A DNA stretch of 63,101 bases, filler included, from Folioceros fuciformis (taxonomy: Eukaryota), in NCBI GenBank assembly GCA_049999805.1. It is 6 parts of 6 records of this genome, joined end to end, with 100 filler letters (N's around TTAATTAATTAA, not from the genome) between each part and the next. Parts side by side here need not be neighbours in the genome. Positions count along the whole stretch, not along the records: positions 42,327 to 59,203 come from JBNGIO010001198.1; positions 59,304 to 63,101 come from JBNGIO010001200.1; 4 more parts are not named here. One strand, 5' to 3'. Both the position numbers and the translations under genes were made by a program. Shown here piece after piece: positions 47,687 through 61,165 of this stretch (position 1 is the stretch's first letter; every line of letters begins with the position of its first letter). A model generated the notes under the pieces. It was not told the DNA's origin, searched no databases, and saw nothing but the letters and a program-made list of their open reading frames with translations.

Positions 47687-50600
47687 GGTAGGCAAGAGCC
47701 TGCCGTACCGAACTGCGTAGATGTGAGTTGCATCCTCCTAACGTCGCCTATGGTGTCACCAAGAATCCAAATGGTCTCCAGGGGGGGAACTTCCCAAAAA
47801 AATCGTCTTTCTTCGACAGCGTGCAGTGGAATTGCTCTCAGTCTGACTACTCCTGCCCAGTGGATGGAAGATGCTCTCCGGTTTCGTTAACCGATAAAGC
47901 GGTTACGTTGAGGTTTTAAGGTGTTGTTGAGGAAGCAGACGAGTGGAATAATTCCTGGCTGTTTGCGGAAACCACACGTCACAGCACGCGTGTTGCCTGT
48001 TACCTCCTGTGCCGTTGTGCCCAGTTGCCCTGGTCGTGGGCTGCATCAGGTCATGTTGTTGCATGGGAACGGTGATGGTCATGTTGCGTGGGAACTTGAA
48101 AGATCGGTAAGGAGCTCAGATGCAAGTGTTTGCTGTGCGGTCGGTCTGACTTCTGTCTGGCACACCTGTGCAAACAAACTTTTGGCCCGTTACCGTGGCT
48201 GGATGATGCTCTGTTTTAATCTGAAGTGGCAGGACGCCGTGAGTCTGCTCTTGAGGTATGTTTGTCAGGGCTTGCTTTCTAACTTTCTCGCCACTCGCTG
48301 CTGGTCATATGTTGATAGCGTGTCGTCTCCTTTGATTTTGGTAGGACAGCCTGGTCGATCCACATTGACAGCTGCTGCGTCGAAGTGCAATTCGTCACGT
48401 TTCGCTCTCATAGGGGATTCCCGCGTTGCCTTTCAAAACTTTTGTCGGAATCGGGCATGTTAGGCCTGGCGAGTGTCTGACGAGCATGTCTGTGCAGCTG
48501 AGGTGCTGCTTAGGTCTGTCGTAAATCACATGGGACTTGAACGCTGCCGTGTGGCAGGGACCCTGGCGATGAGCATTGCGTGAAGATATCTCCTGCTTCA
48601 GGCATGATCCTCTCACATCTTGTTTTTGATGAGGGTTCAACTTGCAGGGACGCATGGATGCCTGAACCTAGGAGCAGGTGGATTTTGGGTAATACATCGT
48701 GGGCTGACCGCTCACCGGAATCATCCGTGTAGAGGATGATACAAGGGAGCAGACAGAGCTGATCAGCACAGCAGCCCTGATGATCGTACAGGATGAAATG
48801 CTCTAGCAGGTAGATGATGAGGCCATGAGCAGTGCGAACTTTCCACAGGGACTTATTGGCAAGAATGAGACCCTGAGTTAGTGATACTTTGCAAAATAAA
48901 GTTAGTTCCTGCCGATTCCAGGGAAGAGTATGGGACTTGGTGGTGTATGCTGTAGGGACATTTGAGTTGAGTATTCTACGAAGTTTTTGTCTTTAGTGAC
49001 CCAACTAAGAAGCTGCTGACGATGGCAGTCAGTATAGTTCGGAGCAGAGTGTATGGAGCACATTTCTCTGACTAACCCACGGTTTCCGGCCATGGCTCCC
49101 GTGTTGTGCTGCAAATCAAAATGTAGTTGAGGGGGATCATTTTCTTTCCTCGGGAAATATGACACCAGGACTGTTACAACCAGATGAAGCAACAGCAATT
49201 CGGTCGTGTTTTAGAGGAGAAGAAAGAGGATCTCAACAGTCTGTCGACTTGGTGCTGAACTGTCAGATGGGGGTGCGTATCTGTCATGAACCGAAGGATA
49301 TGCCATTTGAGAAGGGCTTTACAAGTGGTACTAAAATTCTCAAAGCTCTTTGCAATGTCTATTGGGACTAGCTCCATCAAGAACCCTCTTTACATTCAAC
49401 AAGTGTATGAACATTCTCGGGACATCAAGTGATGGTCTGCAGTAGGACAGATCAGGAAGAAGAGTCCTCAGAGGCAGATGAGGAGAAACTCATATTGGAG
49501 GTAAGCGTACGATACAGCTGTCATGGTGATAAGTTCCTGGTGGGTTTCACCGCCTTAAAACCTTTCATAAAAGGCTCCTGCACCAGATTCAAAACTTTCT
49601 GAGAAAAAGCATGTGTATATTAGATTCAGTTTGACCATCTTGTGCGTGGGACTGGGGGGCATGTCAGGGCTATCAGGATGGGAGTTGTCGGGCTTCCGGA
49701 ACCCAAAGAAATGAGATATGATGCGAAGGGGATGGAATAGTGTTGGTGCTGAAGGCACGTCTTAAGCCAGTTGCAAAGCTTCGACAAGAGAGTTGGCATA
49801 TCCAGTTGAGGACTCGTGTCCTGATTGCCTGGGAGAGGGCTTCCAAGACAGATCAACTGTTGCTTCTAGCGTGGAAGCATAATCATGTTCTGCATGAGAA
49901 ACAGGGTAGTCACATGTACCTTGGAGATCCTGGAAGATAAGTCACATGTACCTTGCAGAAAGTTGAAGATGGTGAGAGAAAGCACGCTGTTCTAGAGTTG
50001 CTGGAAAAGGAGGTGGACATGATGAAGGTCCTGGCCTGGAATCTCCGATGATGGAGGCTCACGAAATTTTGACGCAGGTGATGCAAACAAGGATCGCAGC
50101 ACTATTCTTCTGCAGGTCTGGGCTTCGGTGGGAGGAGAGAACAGATACATTGAGGAAAAAAGGTGGAATACTTTTAGAAGGGTTGTCCCCGCTGATGCGG
50201 ACCAAAAGCCAATCTTCCATAAGTTTTATGCTACTTCGCATCTAGCGCTTGTGCCCGTCTCACTTCCAGTCCTTGTTGCCATCTACGTAGGTGATGGTGA
50301 AGTATATACTCAGGACTGAAATATGTTCGAAGACTGCAAGATGATCGCCAAGTTTCCACGCTGAGTGGAATACCGGGAGATGGTCCACGAGTCCATACGT
50401 GAAGAAAAATACCTTACCTGCTCCTCCAGCAGAACAGTGGAACTGTCGGGCCTTTCTTTGCTCCGGAGACTTCTGCTCATTGCCTCTATGTGCCTTGTGC
50501 ATGTGACACTGCACATGTGCAGGTCGGGCTCGTCCTGCCGTGCCCTGTGTCATTGACAAGGTGCCCTGTCTTCTGCTTAGCACATGGTTGTTTTGTATAG

Positions 50601-52448
50601 GGTGCTGTCGCTGGGATTTCGTTGCCTCGTACATTTTTGAGCGGGTCGAGTGTGGGGTATCCAAATACATCATGTTCTGGGAAGTCTTGGTGGAACGCTC
50701 TCGAAAGCAGGAGGCTCGTAAGTCTTCGGATCTGGTCGATGGTGTGTATGTTTGCTGGTCTACTGGACCGGAGCAGGAGTTCGCTGTGCGCAGAGGAGAA
50801 TTGTTGAGGTGTGTACAGAACTAGTGTCATTGAAGAGGGTGGTAAATTTGCGACGGGCCTGCAGCTCCAGTAGCGTGAGGGGATAGGTGGTTGAAGTTAA
50901 ACGTCAGCGAGTGACACGTTGGTTGCAGGCTGCTTGCCTGATGAGAGGATCCATCATACAAGCATTCCTTCCTTATCACGGTTGGACACGAGAGACGGGA
51001 GGAACAGAGGGTGCGTGTGCGTGCTGTCTGGATGTGGTGCGTTGGCTGCCTCCGAAGTTGAGCAATAACCGCCGATGTTGTGTCTCTCCTGCCGGCTCGC
51101 ATCGATCTTGTGTGTTGTATCAAACGATTACCCGATTCCCCGTTAGGGTACGTACAGGGAGGCTAACTACAGCGCGGCCAGTTTATTGGAGGCCGCGCGC
51201 ACTTGGCAGCCAATCATGGGCGCATTGATGTGGTGTATTGAACAGAAGCGGCAGGCTTGAGGGGGCACTCGTACATACACTGCACACGGCAGCAGGGTGG
51301 CTGCAGCAGTCGGGGAAGTGTGGCGCAGCCCGCCCGCTACTCATCTACTGTATGTAGATGCAGCCTGGACCACCCGGTGACACCCGTGACCAGGCTTGAT
51401 GATCCTTGCTGTAGGGCCTCCCAATTCCGCCTCCCCATGGCCTCCACACAAGCTGGCGGGGAATCAGCTGCACGGAAACCCACAGGCACACCAGCACACA
51501 AGCACAGAACAGTTTGCCAGGCCCGGCGATGTCAACATCGCGCAGGTGCGACTAGCGTACTGTTCGCGGCTTTTGGTGAGGGAGGGAATGTCGCTGTTTT
51601 GCAAGGGTGGCAGCCCAAGGTATAGCATTGCACCTGGGATAGCGATGTTATTATGTCCATGGGGATCAGTTCCCACAAGTTTGAGTGGGTAGTAGCAATA
51701 GTGGGACGCGGATTCCATCGCCTTTATCTTTACTCTGTTTCTCTTGTTGTGCATTTGCTGGCACTGGCAGTAAAAAGCCCGGTTCAGTTTATGTGCCCGC
51801 GTTCGAGATGGCTCGCAGTCACAATGGCCCCTCCCCGTCCCGTCCACTGTGAAGCCTGGATTATTAATAAACTGAAACACAGTAACCAAAAATGACGTCA
51901 TAAAGACAGAAAGTTTAGAGCCCGGGCGCGAAGACCAGGTACAGAGAGCTTCCCAGGTGATGAGGGTTGGGTGTTAAGACTGTTGGGACCTTGGGTAGAC
52001 GCGCCCGGTCGCCGTTGGATTATTGACCATATCGCAAACCGGGCAGAACTGGACTCGACAAAGCCGAGAAAAGTCTGGCTGCGGATCATAATAAAACAAA
52101 GAAACAATGCAATCCATATACAGTGTGTATGTACAAATGTACATACATGCAGTGTGGGGTGCGACCTAGCAACCAAATCCCAAGGCGTGGTTCCACTTTC
52201 CACATCCTACGGAACGGGGTCTCGGCTTCAAGTTAGGGGAGCGGGGTGTCGATGCGGTTATTGCGAATGCGATGATGTAACTAAACCTGGACGCGTCAAA
52301 CGGTGTTTGCCTTTAAGACAGGCGGGCTCCTTCGTCCAAGAAAAAAGCTCCCACAGCTTGTGCCTGTGCATGGATGATGATGAGTAGATATGATAGTACT
52401 GCAGCTCGCGCTCGCCCACCAAGGAAAGTAGGGCAGAATCATATACAA

Positions 52449-52501
52449 GTATGTATGTATGTATGTATGTATGTATGTATGTATGTATGTATGTATGTAT
52501 G
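52449..52501. repeat. (TATG)13 microsatellite
   Basis: Visible directly in the sequence. Confidence 0.97.
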
Positions 52502-53199
52502 ACTTATGAATCAACCCGAGCTCCAGCAGCACCCTCCACTCCCCAAGTTTAACGACCACCGCCTAACCAATGCCATCACCGACAGGTGGCCATGGCGGGG
52601 AAGCCTTTCTCATATGTACGATATCAGCGTCAGCATGATAAAAACGCGCCGCGTGGACATGTCTGATATTACCGTTTCATTGACGTGGCGCGCGCACCGG
52701 GGACTGCCGGTGTGGAGCGTGGCCGAATGATTGAACCCAGGCTCTGAGGTTCGACTTCCTGCCACGGAAGGAAGGGTCTACACCTGCCTGCGGCGTCTGC
52801 CGCTGGTACCTTGTTAGGCTTTAAACGGCCTTGGGTATTAGGGCAGCTTCAAGTTTTCAACTAACCGGTGCAACCCGAGCGTGAATCGTGATCATAAAAG
52901 GAGGAGGCTAATGGAAGGTACCGCATCACTGATTGGCAGTTGGTACGAGGCGTCACGCGGCGTGGTCGTCAAAGCGTCATGTAAGCCTGACCCACCCGAC
53001 CGTCCCATGCGATGCCGTGCCGTGCCGTTCCCAACTACATACAGTATGTACACAGCGCAGCGCTAAGGATGTCCCAGCTCCTTGCTAACCTCCTCACCCA
53101 GACTCCTCAGAGCCTGTCATTGGGTCACCTTTAAGATTGGAGACGGTGAAAGGGTTTTCGGGGAAAGCCTCTTCTCGTTTTTCTCCATCACCTCGACTC

Positions 53200-53345
53200 T
53201 GGTTTGTTCTTACTTTCCCTCTCTCTCCCTCACCCTCCTTCCCCCTGCCTTCCTCCTTCCTTCCTCCCTCCTCCCCCTCTCTCTCCCTCAACCTCCCTCC
53301 TCGTTCCTCTCTCCCTCCCTCTCTCTCTTCTTTTCTTCTCTCTCC
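53200..53345 (+). repeat. Polypyrimidine (CT-rich) tract, probable 5'UTR/promoter region
   Basis: ~145 nt almost entirely C/T; followed by (aggcacgc)x4 at ~53455-53488. Confidence 0.8.
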
Positions 53346-54651
53346 TCGGGTGGACAGCCAAGCAAGGTCCCCGGTCGACAATCGCTGGTCCCTTCCACCG
53401 TGTTCCCTTCTTCACCCGTGTGCTCGGTTGGCCCCAGGATCGACGAGGAAAGGGAGGCACGCAGGCACGCAGGCACGCAGGCACGCAGGATGGAATGAAA
53501 GAAGGCGAGCAAGGGGGGGATGGAAGCACGGTACAGTACAGCAAGACGACCGCTAGCAGAGCGAGCGAGCAGGGGCCGGGAAGACGCGGATAGCCTGCAG
53601 GGTGCCCCGAACATTCGCCTGGACTGGGTCCCTCCCCTTGCGGCTTAGTGAGTATGGCCCCCTGGCGACTTCCCAGAGCCCGGCCTCTGTAGCCTTCCCT
53701 TTTCCACAATTTGCCCTTTGCCGGGCCTACGAGAACACCTTGCTCTCTCTGGCCGCGGCACCTGGCCTGGAGTGCTTTCTTGCCTTTCCCTCCCCAGGCC
53801 TCCTCAAATCTTGTCTCCCTTCTTGTTGTTGTTATGATCACCGCACTGCTTCTCGCAATTCGCTCACTCCCGACTCCTCGCTTCTGTATTGCGGTTACGC
53901 CGCTTCTGCTTCGCTAATTTTCTTGTCGCTCGCCACTGGAGTACCCTACACACCGAATGGAGCTGGAGTTCGCTGTCATCCGGTGCCTGGCCTAGCGTTG
54001 TCAACTTTCTTGTCCTCGACATGAAAACTGCTGCTGCTTCTGTTGCTTCCCTGCCCTCTCCTCTCTTCTCTTCCCCTTCCCCCCTTCCCTCTCTAACCTC
54101 CGTGCAGCTCCCGGCCCTCTCGGCCGTAGCGCGCCTGCAGCCGATGAGTGATCACTCCCCTTGCCATTTTCTCCGGAATATTCGCCAGACCCACTTCTTC
54201 GCTCCCGCGGCCGCTCCTTCCCCATTTGTTCTTGGCGGAATTTGCAATGCCACCGCCTCTTTGCAGTGACTGCGGTTTTGGCGAATTTGCGGGCCACGCG
54301 TGCGTACCAGGATCCGCTCCCACCCCGTCGACTGGTACTTGCCAATTGCTGCTGGGACTTCCAATTTCGAGCTGTCAGCTGCGGCCGCTCCACGACCATC
54401 CAGTGCTTCTTGTGCCGCCGCGACTTACCACAATTTCGGTGTCGGAATAGCCGATTCAGCAGGGCTTAGCCCAGGAGGAGCACGCTTGCGCCACATCCAG
54501 GGTCACCAGGATCATTTACAGTCACCTGCTTGTTGCACAGGAACTTATACCTTGTGCTCTACGAGTCCCTGCCATTCTTCGGGCCCGGCTCCGCTCCCTC
54601 GGATCTGCTGCTCCCTTCCCCATGGACGACGCGGGTTGACTCCTTCACTTC

Positions 54652-57353
54652 ATGCGCAACGCCTCCGGGCTTATGCATGCCCTCCAGCCCTCGCCTCCGG
54701 CTTCCCCTAAACTCTCTCCTGGCAAATTGCGCAATGGTCGGACGAAATCTTTGCGCATCCAGGGAATTCAGCTTCTTCCGCAGCGCAGCATTATGCACTA
54801 CTTTGCTTGCCTCATCCTCTCCTTCTTGCTCAAGCGCCATGGACTCTTTCTTCTAGCGCCCGTTATCTACATCTCGGGGATGCTTCTTTACATGGGAACC
54901 ATTTCCCTAGAGATCCCCAGGATTCCCAAGTATTTGCCTCCTGGATCTCTTTATCGCAGCTCCGAAGTCTTTGACACGTTGTGGCCGGAAATGCAAGGAG
55001 ACACCAGAACGTTTCCTGGGGTGAGTCTGCTTGAATTTCCTCCTCCCTGTTGAAGTTTCCTCATCCCTGCAGCAACTTCAACAACCAGGAATTTCAATGT
55101 CGTGGAATCTGACTCAAGCAATCTGTCCAACTAGGTTAAGGAAGCTTGGGACCATCCTCGCTCTGAGGAAAGGTGGAAACCCTGCCTGCATCGTAATTCC
55201 GACACCGCAGGTAGGTACCTCTCCTCCGACAGTATTTGGCACAAATTTTGCACCACTTGACTCGCTTCATCGCTACGGTTTTTTTCTAATTCCTTCCAGT
55301 CTCAATTTTTCAGTGTCACGCTCAAATGGATATATTGTTATTGAAGCTAATGGAGGGCTGAATCAGCAGCGTTCCACAGTAAGTGCCACATTTGTGTCCA
55401 CATTGGGACTATACTCATGGGCGATTTGTGAAACAGATCTCTTCAGTTTCTGACAAGTCTCCTTTTGAAGTTCGATCTTTGGATCCATCATCACTGCTGC
55501 TTCTGGCTTGCACGAAGTTTTCAAACCTAATCATCGTGCTGAATGTGTAGATCTGCAATGCTGTCGCAGTTGCAAGGCTTCTAAATGCCACGCTTGTCAT
55601 TCCTCGCTTTCATCTGAATAGTGTTTGGAAAGACCGCAGGTAAGAAGCTCGGAAGCCTAACAGAAGTGCTTCCACTTTCTTGAATGATTTTGGCAAACAA
55701 ATTTGCGCAGTGGACTGGTTCTTAACCGAGAGCGACGTGGTATGCAGTGTTTTTGGCGATATATATGATGAGGAGCATTTTATCACATCGCTGGCAAGAG
55801 ATCTGACCATTGTCAGAGAACTTCCTCCTGAGCTTATGGACGAGCAAGGAAATATGACCAACATCTACAATGTCAGAGTCAAGGCCTGGGCGCGACCTGA
55901 GTTCTACGGGGAAACAGTTTTGCCAAAGCTGATTGAAAAGAGGTTTGCTACTGGACTTTGCACGCCGTTGTATTGTTGTTTCTACATAACCATCACAGCA
56001 ATGGTCACTCTCTAAATTTGGAGCCTCGGTCGCAATGTGTCTTGCAGAGTGCTTCGATTTGCTCCATTTGCAAACCGATTGTCTTTCGATGGAATCCCAC
56101 ATGACATCCAACAGCTTCGGTGCAGAGCAAATTTTGAGGCTTTGAGATTTGCAGAACCCATCTCTGTTGTAGGGCAACTGTTGGTGAAGCGAATGGTCGA
56201 CAAGAGTCGTTTGAGCAATGGAAGATATATTGCTGTCCATCTTCGCTTCGAAAAGGTTAGTGAGACTTCCGATTCTGTCGTTCCTATAAGGCTTTCTGGT
56301 GTCTACGGGGATTGACCTAATGGATTGGCCGTTTCTGCAGGATATGGTTGCCTTTTCATGTTGTATCTACGATGGTGGAGACGTTGAGAAAAAAGAGATG
56401 GATGAGGCCCGAGAAGTGGGATGGCGGGGTAAATTCACCAGACCTGGCCGAGTTATCAGACCTGCAGCTTTAAGGAGAGATGGCAAGTGCCCTCTCACAC
56501 CTGTTGAGGTGAAGACTAGCATCCTAGACTCCAAGTTTGACTTTGCACTGAAGAGAAAATTTGTACACAGCTAGCAAGTAACATCTGGTGTACCGGCAGG
56601 TGGGTATGATGTTAAGGGGAATGGGCTTTAAGAACGACACTCCCATTTATCTGGCATCTGGTCAAATCTACAAGGCTGAGAAGTTTGTTCAGCCTCTCAG
56701 GCAGATGTTTCCTGCTTTGCAGACAAAAGAGACTCTCTTGTCACGGGCAGAACTTGCTCCATTCAAGGTTGGTGCCCCTGCGAGTGTTGATTGTGCAGGT
56801 GGCTGTCCCAATTTGATGTGGCTGTCCCAATTTGATATGACATGCACGTGCTTAAGGTTGTCAAACCTATGGTTGCAGAACTTCTCGTCCAGAATGGCTG
56901 CGCTGGACTACACAGTGTGCCTCCACAGTGAAGTTTTTGTAACGACCCAGGGAGGTAACTTCCCGCAAATTTTGATCGGGCATAGGCGCTTGCTGAATAA
57001 AGGTCATTCCAAGACTATTCGACCAGACAAGCGCAAACTGGCTTTGTTACTGGACAACCCCAGCGTTGGGTAAGTACAGAACTGCAGCCTCTGACATTTT
57101 TCGCCGGTGGACTGTTGTGCCACATGTAGTGTAGCGGCCTTGGTGGTAGTGGCACTCACTAACTTGGTTTCTCGCTGGTACATACAGATGGGATGTATTT
57201 TCTGGGCACATGATGAGCATGAGACGACACAGTGACTTGAAGGGGCATGAGCTGAGGAAGCCGAACGCATCGATTTACACCTATCCTGCTCCGGAGTGCA
57301 TGTGTCTAGACAGACTCGTCAGATCACCTCCAGAGTTAAGCACACTCGTATAG
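54652..57353 (+). CDS. ESMD1: O-fucosyltransferase-family (GT106) protein, ESMERALDA1-like; exons 54652-55020, 55135-55210, 55314-55378, 55551-55639, 55748-55942, 56048-56255, 56341-56508, 56600-56767, 56879-57069, 57188-57353
   Basis: [101 protein letters not shown] introns in frame. Confidence 0.92.
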
Positions 57354-58882
57354 AATATTACAACTAGATCTTCCAAGAGCATCACTCCTGTTCCAGAAGT
57401 GGCCATTCACATCGTGGCTGCTTCTTGTACTCTACTACGACCTCCTTACCTGACTTTAAAGGGATTCTTGATGGCGGGTATAGGGCTGGACGGGTCACGG
57501 GTGTGGCTTTTCTCTACCGCTTGCTTAGCGTGTCACTCTTGTTCTTGCCACAGTGCGCACCCAGGAGCTGCTGTGAACTATGAGCCTTGTGAGATCAGAC
57601 CAGGTTGGCAAAACGAGAATGTGTCGGGTGCAAAGCGAGGCACGCGGGGAAGGGCAGTGTACGGGGCGTAGACAAGTTCATCACACATTTACGCTTGTCC
57701 GAGACCGGACGCAACGCCCTGTGTCGGCGAAGCCAGCGCATCCGCGCAGATTCGTCTGCTTCTGCTGACCCTGCCCTGAGGAAGGCAGAAGTTAGGACTG
57801 GCGTGCCACCTTGATGCCCTTAAAATACGTACTATTATCTTAAATGACTTGCAAGGAATGGATCAAGCAAAGAGCCGTGCCGTAATCCTGCATTCTCGGT
57901 CTCATGGACGTGCAGTCAAGAGCGAAGAAGGGTGTGGGTGCAGCTCATCCTAAGTGCATGACTGGCAAAGATGGTGCAGCGCAGCAAGCAGATTCGGCAG
58001 CGAAGCAGAAGGCAGGACAGAATGTAGGCTGGGGTACTAGGTCTGGTTCCAGGCTTCAGGCGGCAGGTCTGTGCGGGCAGGGACGGATACACCTCGTTTG
58101 GGAGCAATAGGAAGAAAGTGTGCCTGTCTGGTCACAAGGTTGTCGCACAGCGAGATGCAAATTGCTAGCAGTCGGCCCGTTTTCTAGGCTCTCAAGTGGT
58201 TGCAAGGACCAGACTCAGATCAAGCGTTCCGAGAAGAAGACGCCCTTGTCAGGTGGGCCGTTGAGGTGGGGCCCTTTGCACCTGCGCCCAGAGGAAGCCA
58301 TGGTGGTCCTTCATAACACACCGTATTTTTATCCGGGAGACGTTCTCTTGCCAAACGCGCATACGATCCGAACTCCTATTTTACTGAAAACAACAATGCC
58401 TTTCTTCTAGTCCTCCACAAAGCGGACAGAATGACATATGAAATTACTGCATCTATAAATCTTTGTTAATCCTTGGGTAATCTTTGTTGCTGTAGTTATA
58501 GATAGGTGAATGGGTGGCTCCCACAGACCATGTGCCAAAGAAGCAAACGGGGGAACGTGAGGGGCTGGCAAGACTCCTGCAAACTAAACGAGGCGACAAC
58601 GAAAAGTCAGCACCTCTCCTTTCCTAGACAGTCTTGGACACCGCAGCACGATGTAAGATGTATAGTTTCCTTTCCTAGCCACCACGGCGAGACATGAGAT
58701 GTATAGCTTCCTTTTCCAGACTGCCCGTCATGAAATTTTTAACTTTGTTGTCTAGACAGAGTCCTCGACACATCCATGAGATGAATAGCGTCTTAGATCG
58801 GCACTCTGGGTGCTTTAGGGGGGAGCATTTTACCTACCTAACCGAGAAAAACCCCTCCCCACAAGTCCTCCACTGCTATCAA

Positions 58883-59203
58883 CTACAAATTTTGGTGGCT
58901 CTTCCTCTTGTTGTTGCCCACCTTCCGCAGTTCCCTGGAAGAGTCGTAACATTCCTTGAACCCGTAATGCGGCTTCTTCTCATACCACGTATCCTGCTGC
59001 TCATGGGTGTCCCAGTGTTCGCCGCCGCTGCTCATTCCGTACTTGTGCACCCAGCCCGAACCGTTGTGGCCTTCCCCCCATGTTCTGTTCCAGCGTTCAC
59101 CGCTCGGCCCTTCCCACCATGTCTCGCCTTGCTTCACCCCATTGCTATGCTTGTCGAAGTGTTCGTCCCATTTATCCCCCCACTTGGTCCACCCTCCCCC
59201 ATA
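58883..59203 (-). CDS. LESV: LIKE EARLY STARVATION (LESV), Trp-rich starch-binding protein, 3' end only
   Basis: WGDKWDEHF...GVKQGETWWEG..GERWNRTWGEGHNGSGWVHKYG.SS.GEHWDTH...WYE..PHYGF; 5' part lost in gap. Confidence 0.85.
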   Translation of the reverse strand, partial: YGGGWTKWGDKWDEHFDKHSNGVKQGETWWEGPSGERWNRTWGEGHNGSGWVHKYGMSSGGEHWDTHEQQDTWYEKKPHYGFKECYDSSRELRKVGNNKRKSHQNL

Positions 59204-59303
59204 NNNNNNNNNNNNNNNNNNNNNNNNNNNNNNNNNNNNNNNNNNNNTTAATTAATTAANNNNNNNNNNNNNNNNNNNNNNNNNNNNNNNNNNNNNNNNN
59301 NNN
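59204..59303. other. Assembly gap linker
   Basis: N44-TTAATTAATTAA-N44. Confidence 0.97.
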
Positions 59304-61165
59304 CCCTACAACTGCCACCACAGAAGAGTATCTATCTGCAGTAGTTCTGATCCTTGCTGCCATGTACCTGCGGAAGTTACGGGTGGTTAGTTCTGTCAAA
59401 CCAGAGGAGGCAAGCTTTTAAGAAAATCAGACCTCCAGAATGGTTCTCCAAAGCTTGGAAAAGGAAAAAGACTGGAGGACGACGGTGGATGAAAGTCTTC
59501 TTACTGGTCTCGCTCATCAATGAAGGTCCGCGCCACTGTTGGCAAGGACTGCCCGAATGCTTGGATTGCCTGGGTGACACAGTCAGTATCCTTCATTTTC
59601 TCAACCTGGGCAGCGACAAGGATTGGTCAAGTTTCTCCTCGCTCGGTAGGACTAATTAGCTGGATGCTGCTTGCTGCAGACAAGAAGTCCTGTTCTTACC
59701 AACGCCCTCAGATCGTCGGCTCTAGGAAGAAACATAGATTGAACTACCATGAGTGGTATGTACCAAGCCTTTTCCTTAAAACTCATCATTCTCCATGCCC
59801 TCAGCAAAGTCACCTGGAAATGCAGACAAAATTGACCCAGCCATGTCAAAGTTGCAAGCTCATGCAGGGGAGAAAATCAGAACCAAAAACTCTAAAAATA
59901 TAGAGCCTATTGGAAGTTGAACCTGCAGCGGTCGATCGCCCAGAGTAACGTGTGCTCCATAAGCTTTTGCCTCTTCATATGCAACCCGAAACTCAGCACC
60001 GGGAACGACTTCTAATTTGGAAGCCACCTACTCATTTCACAGATTCACGTCATTCCAACAAGGATACAGAAACATAGCGTCACACCTGGCAGAACGGCAA
60101 CAGACCTTTCCCAGGAAAAGTTTGCAGACGACTTCAAGGGCAGTCATTCGCTTGCTTCTCAACGCATGCAGCATTTCGGTAAATGTAGGAACCTTCACAA
60201 CGGAAGTGAATATGAGAAGAGTTTCAAAAGAAGTTGTCTTTGCACCAAGACAGGGAACTTGACAGCTTTTCAAGCCAATGTCAGTACCTTCAACTTCTCA
60301 GGGCGGAGCAAACTGGTACGCAACTGACATAGCTCCAAGAAGACAGCCTGGAAGACAGGTCAAAGTAAGGCTTCTGTCTGAATGATATAACCATACTGCT
60401 GGATGTTAGAACCAGACGAGGCATTCCACAACACATCTGTACCTCTGGTTTTACACTGTGAATCAATCTGGCCACCTGGTCACAAGATGCCTGCCAAAAC
60501 GTTGGATAGTCGGTTAGATGCCTAAGGTAGAGCTGGGGAGTTCAACATCTTCAATCAGGCAGAGAACAGTGGGACCTTAGTGCACCTACGAGTTGCTTAG
60601 AACCCTTCCTGTCGACCAGACGTAACAGATGAGGGAAAAGGGGGAGTGAGCACACGGAACTCACCTGAGACACATGAGCCGTGCCAATGATGTGTATCGT
60701 ACTCAGACGACCACATGTTTCGGAAGTGTGTGTCAGGGTAGTGACATCTTCCCAGAAACGATCATCGTCTCCATATGAAGACGAGTGTTCATCCGACTTT
60801 GAATCCAAAGCCGTGCTGGCCGGGGTAGTGCATTCATCACTATGTAAGTGGCCCCCATCCTCGTGCTGAGCAGCCACACAGCCCTCCGAACAGTCCCCAG
60901 TGCTGTCCTCGGAACTCAATGGCGCACCAATACCAGTTACGTCCTGCTGCTCCTCACTTGCCCCATGGCCCAAAGTCTGGACTCCCGACACCCCTTCCTC
61001 GAGACAATGCACATCCTCCTCAATCCTGTCCTCTTCCCTTCTGGCAGATGCATCTGCTAGGGCGCCAAAACTGTGATACGAATCCAGACTCACCGACAGT
61101 GGCACATGCTCATCAATTTGCCCTGGCTGAACGTCGCGATCGAGGACAGGGCTGCTTGATTCCAT
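59304..61165 (-). CDS. TraB-domain (TRABD-like) protein, multi-exon, 3' end lost in gap
   Basis: IHIIGTAHVSQ|, SCDQVARLIHSVKPE, FLELC, PGAEFRVAYEEA...VTLGDRP, TFIDERDQ|YM, SVVAVVG; long acidic N-terminal exon from ATG 61165. Confidence 0.88.

Noticed and set aside
53082..53841. Ser/Pro/Leu- or Arg/Glu/Gly-rich ORFs
   Set aside because: Translations of a polypyrimidine tract
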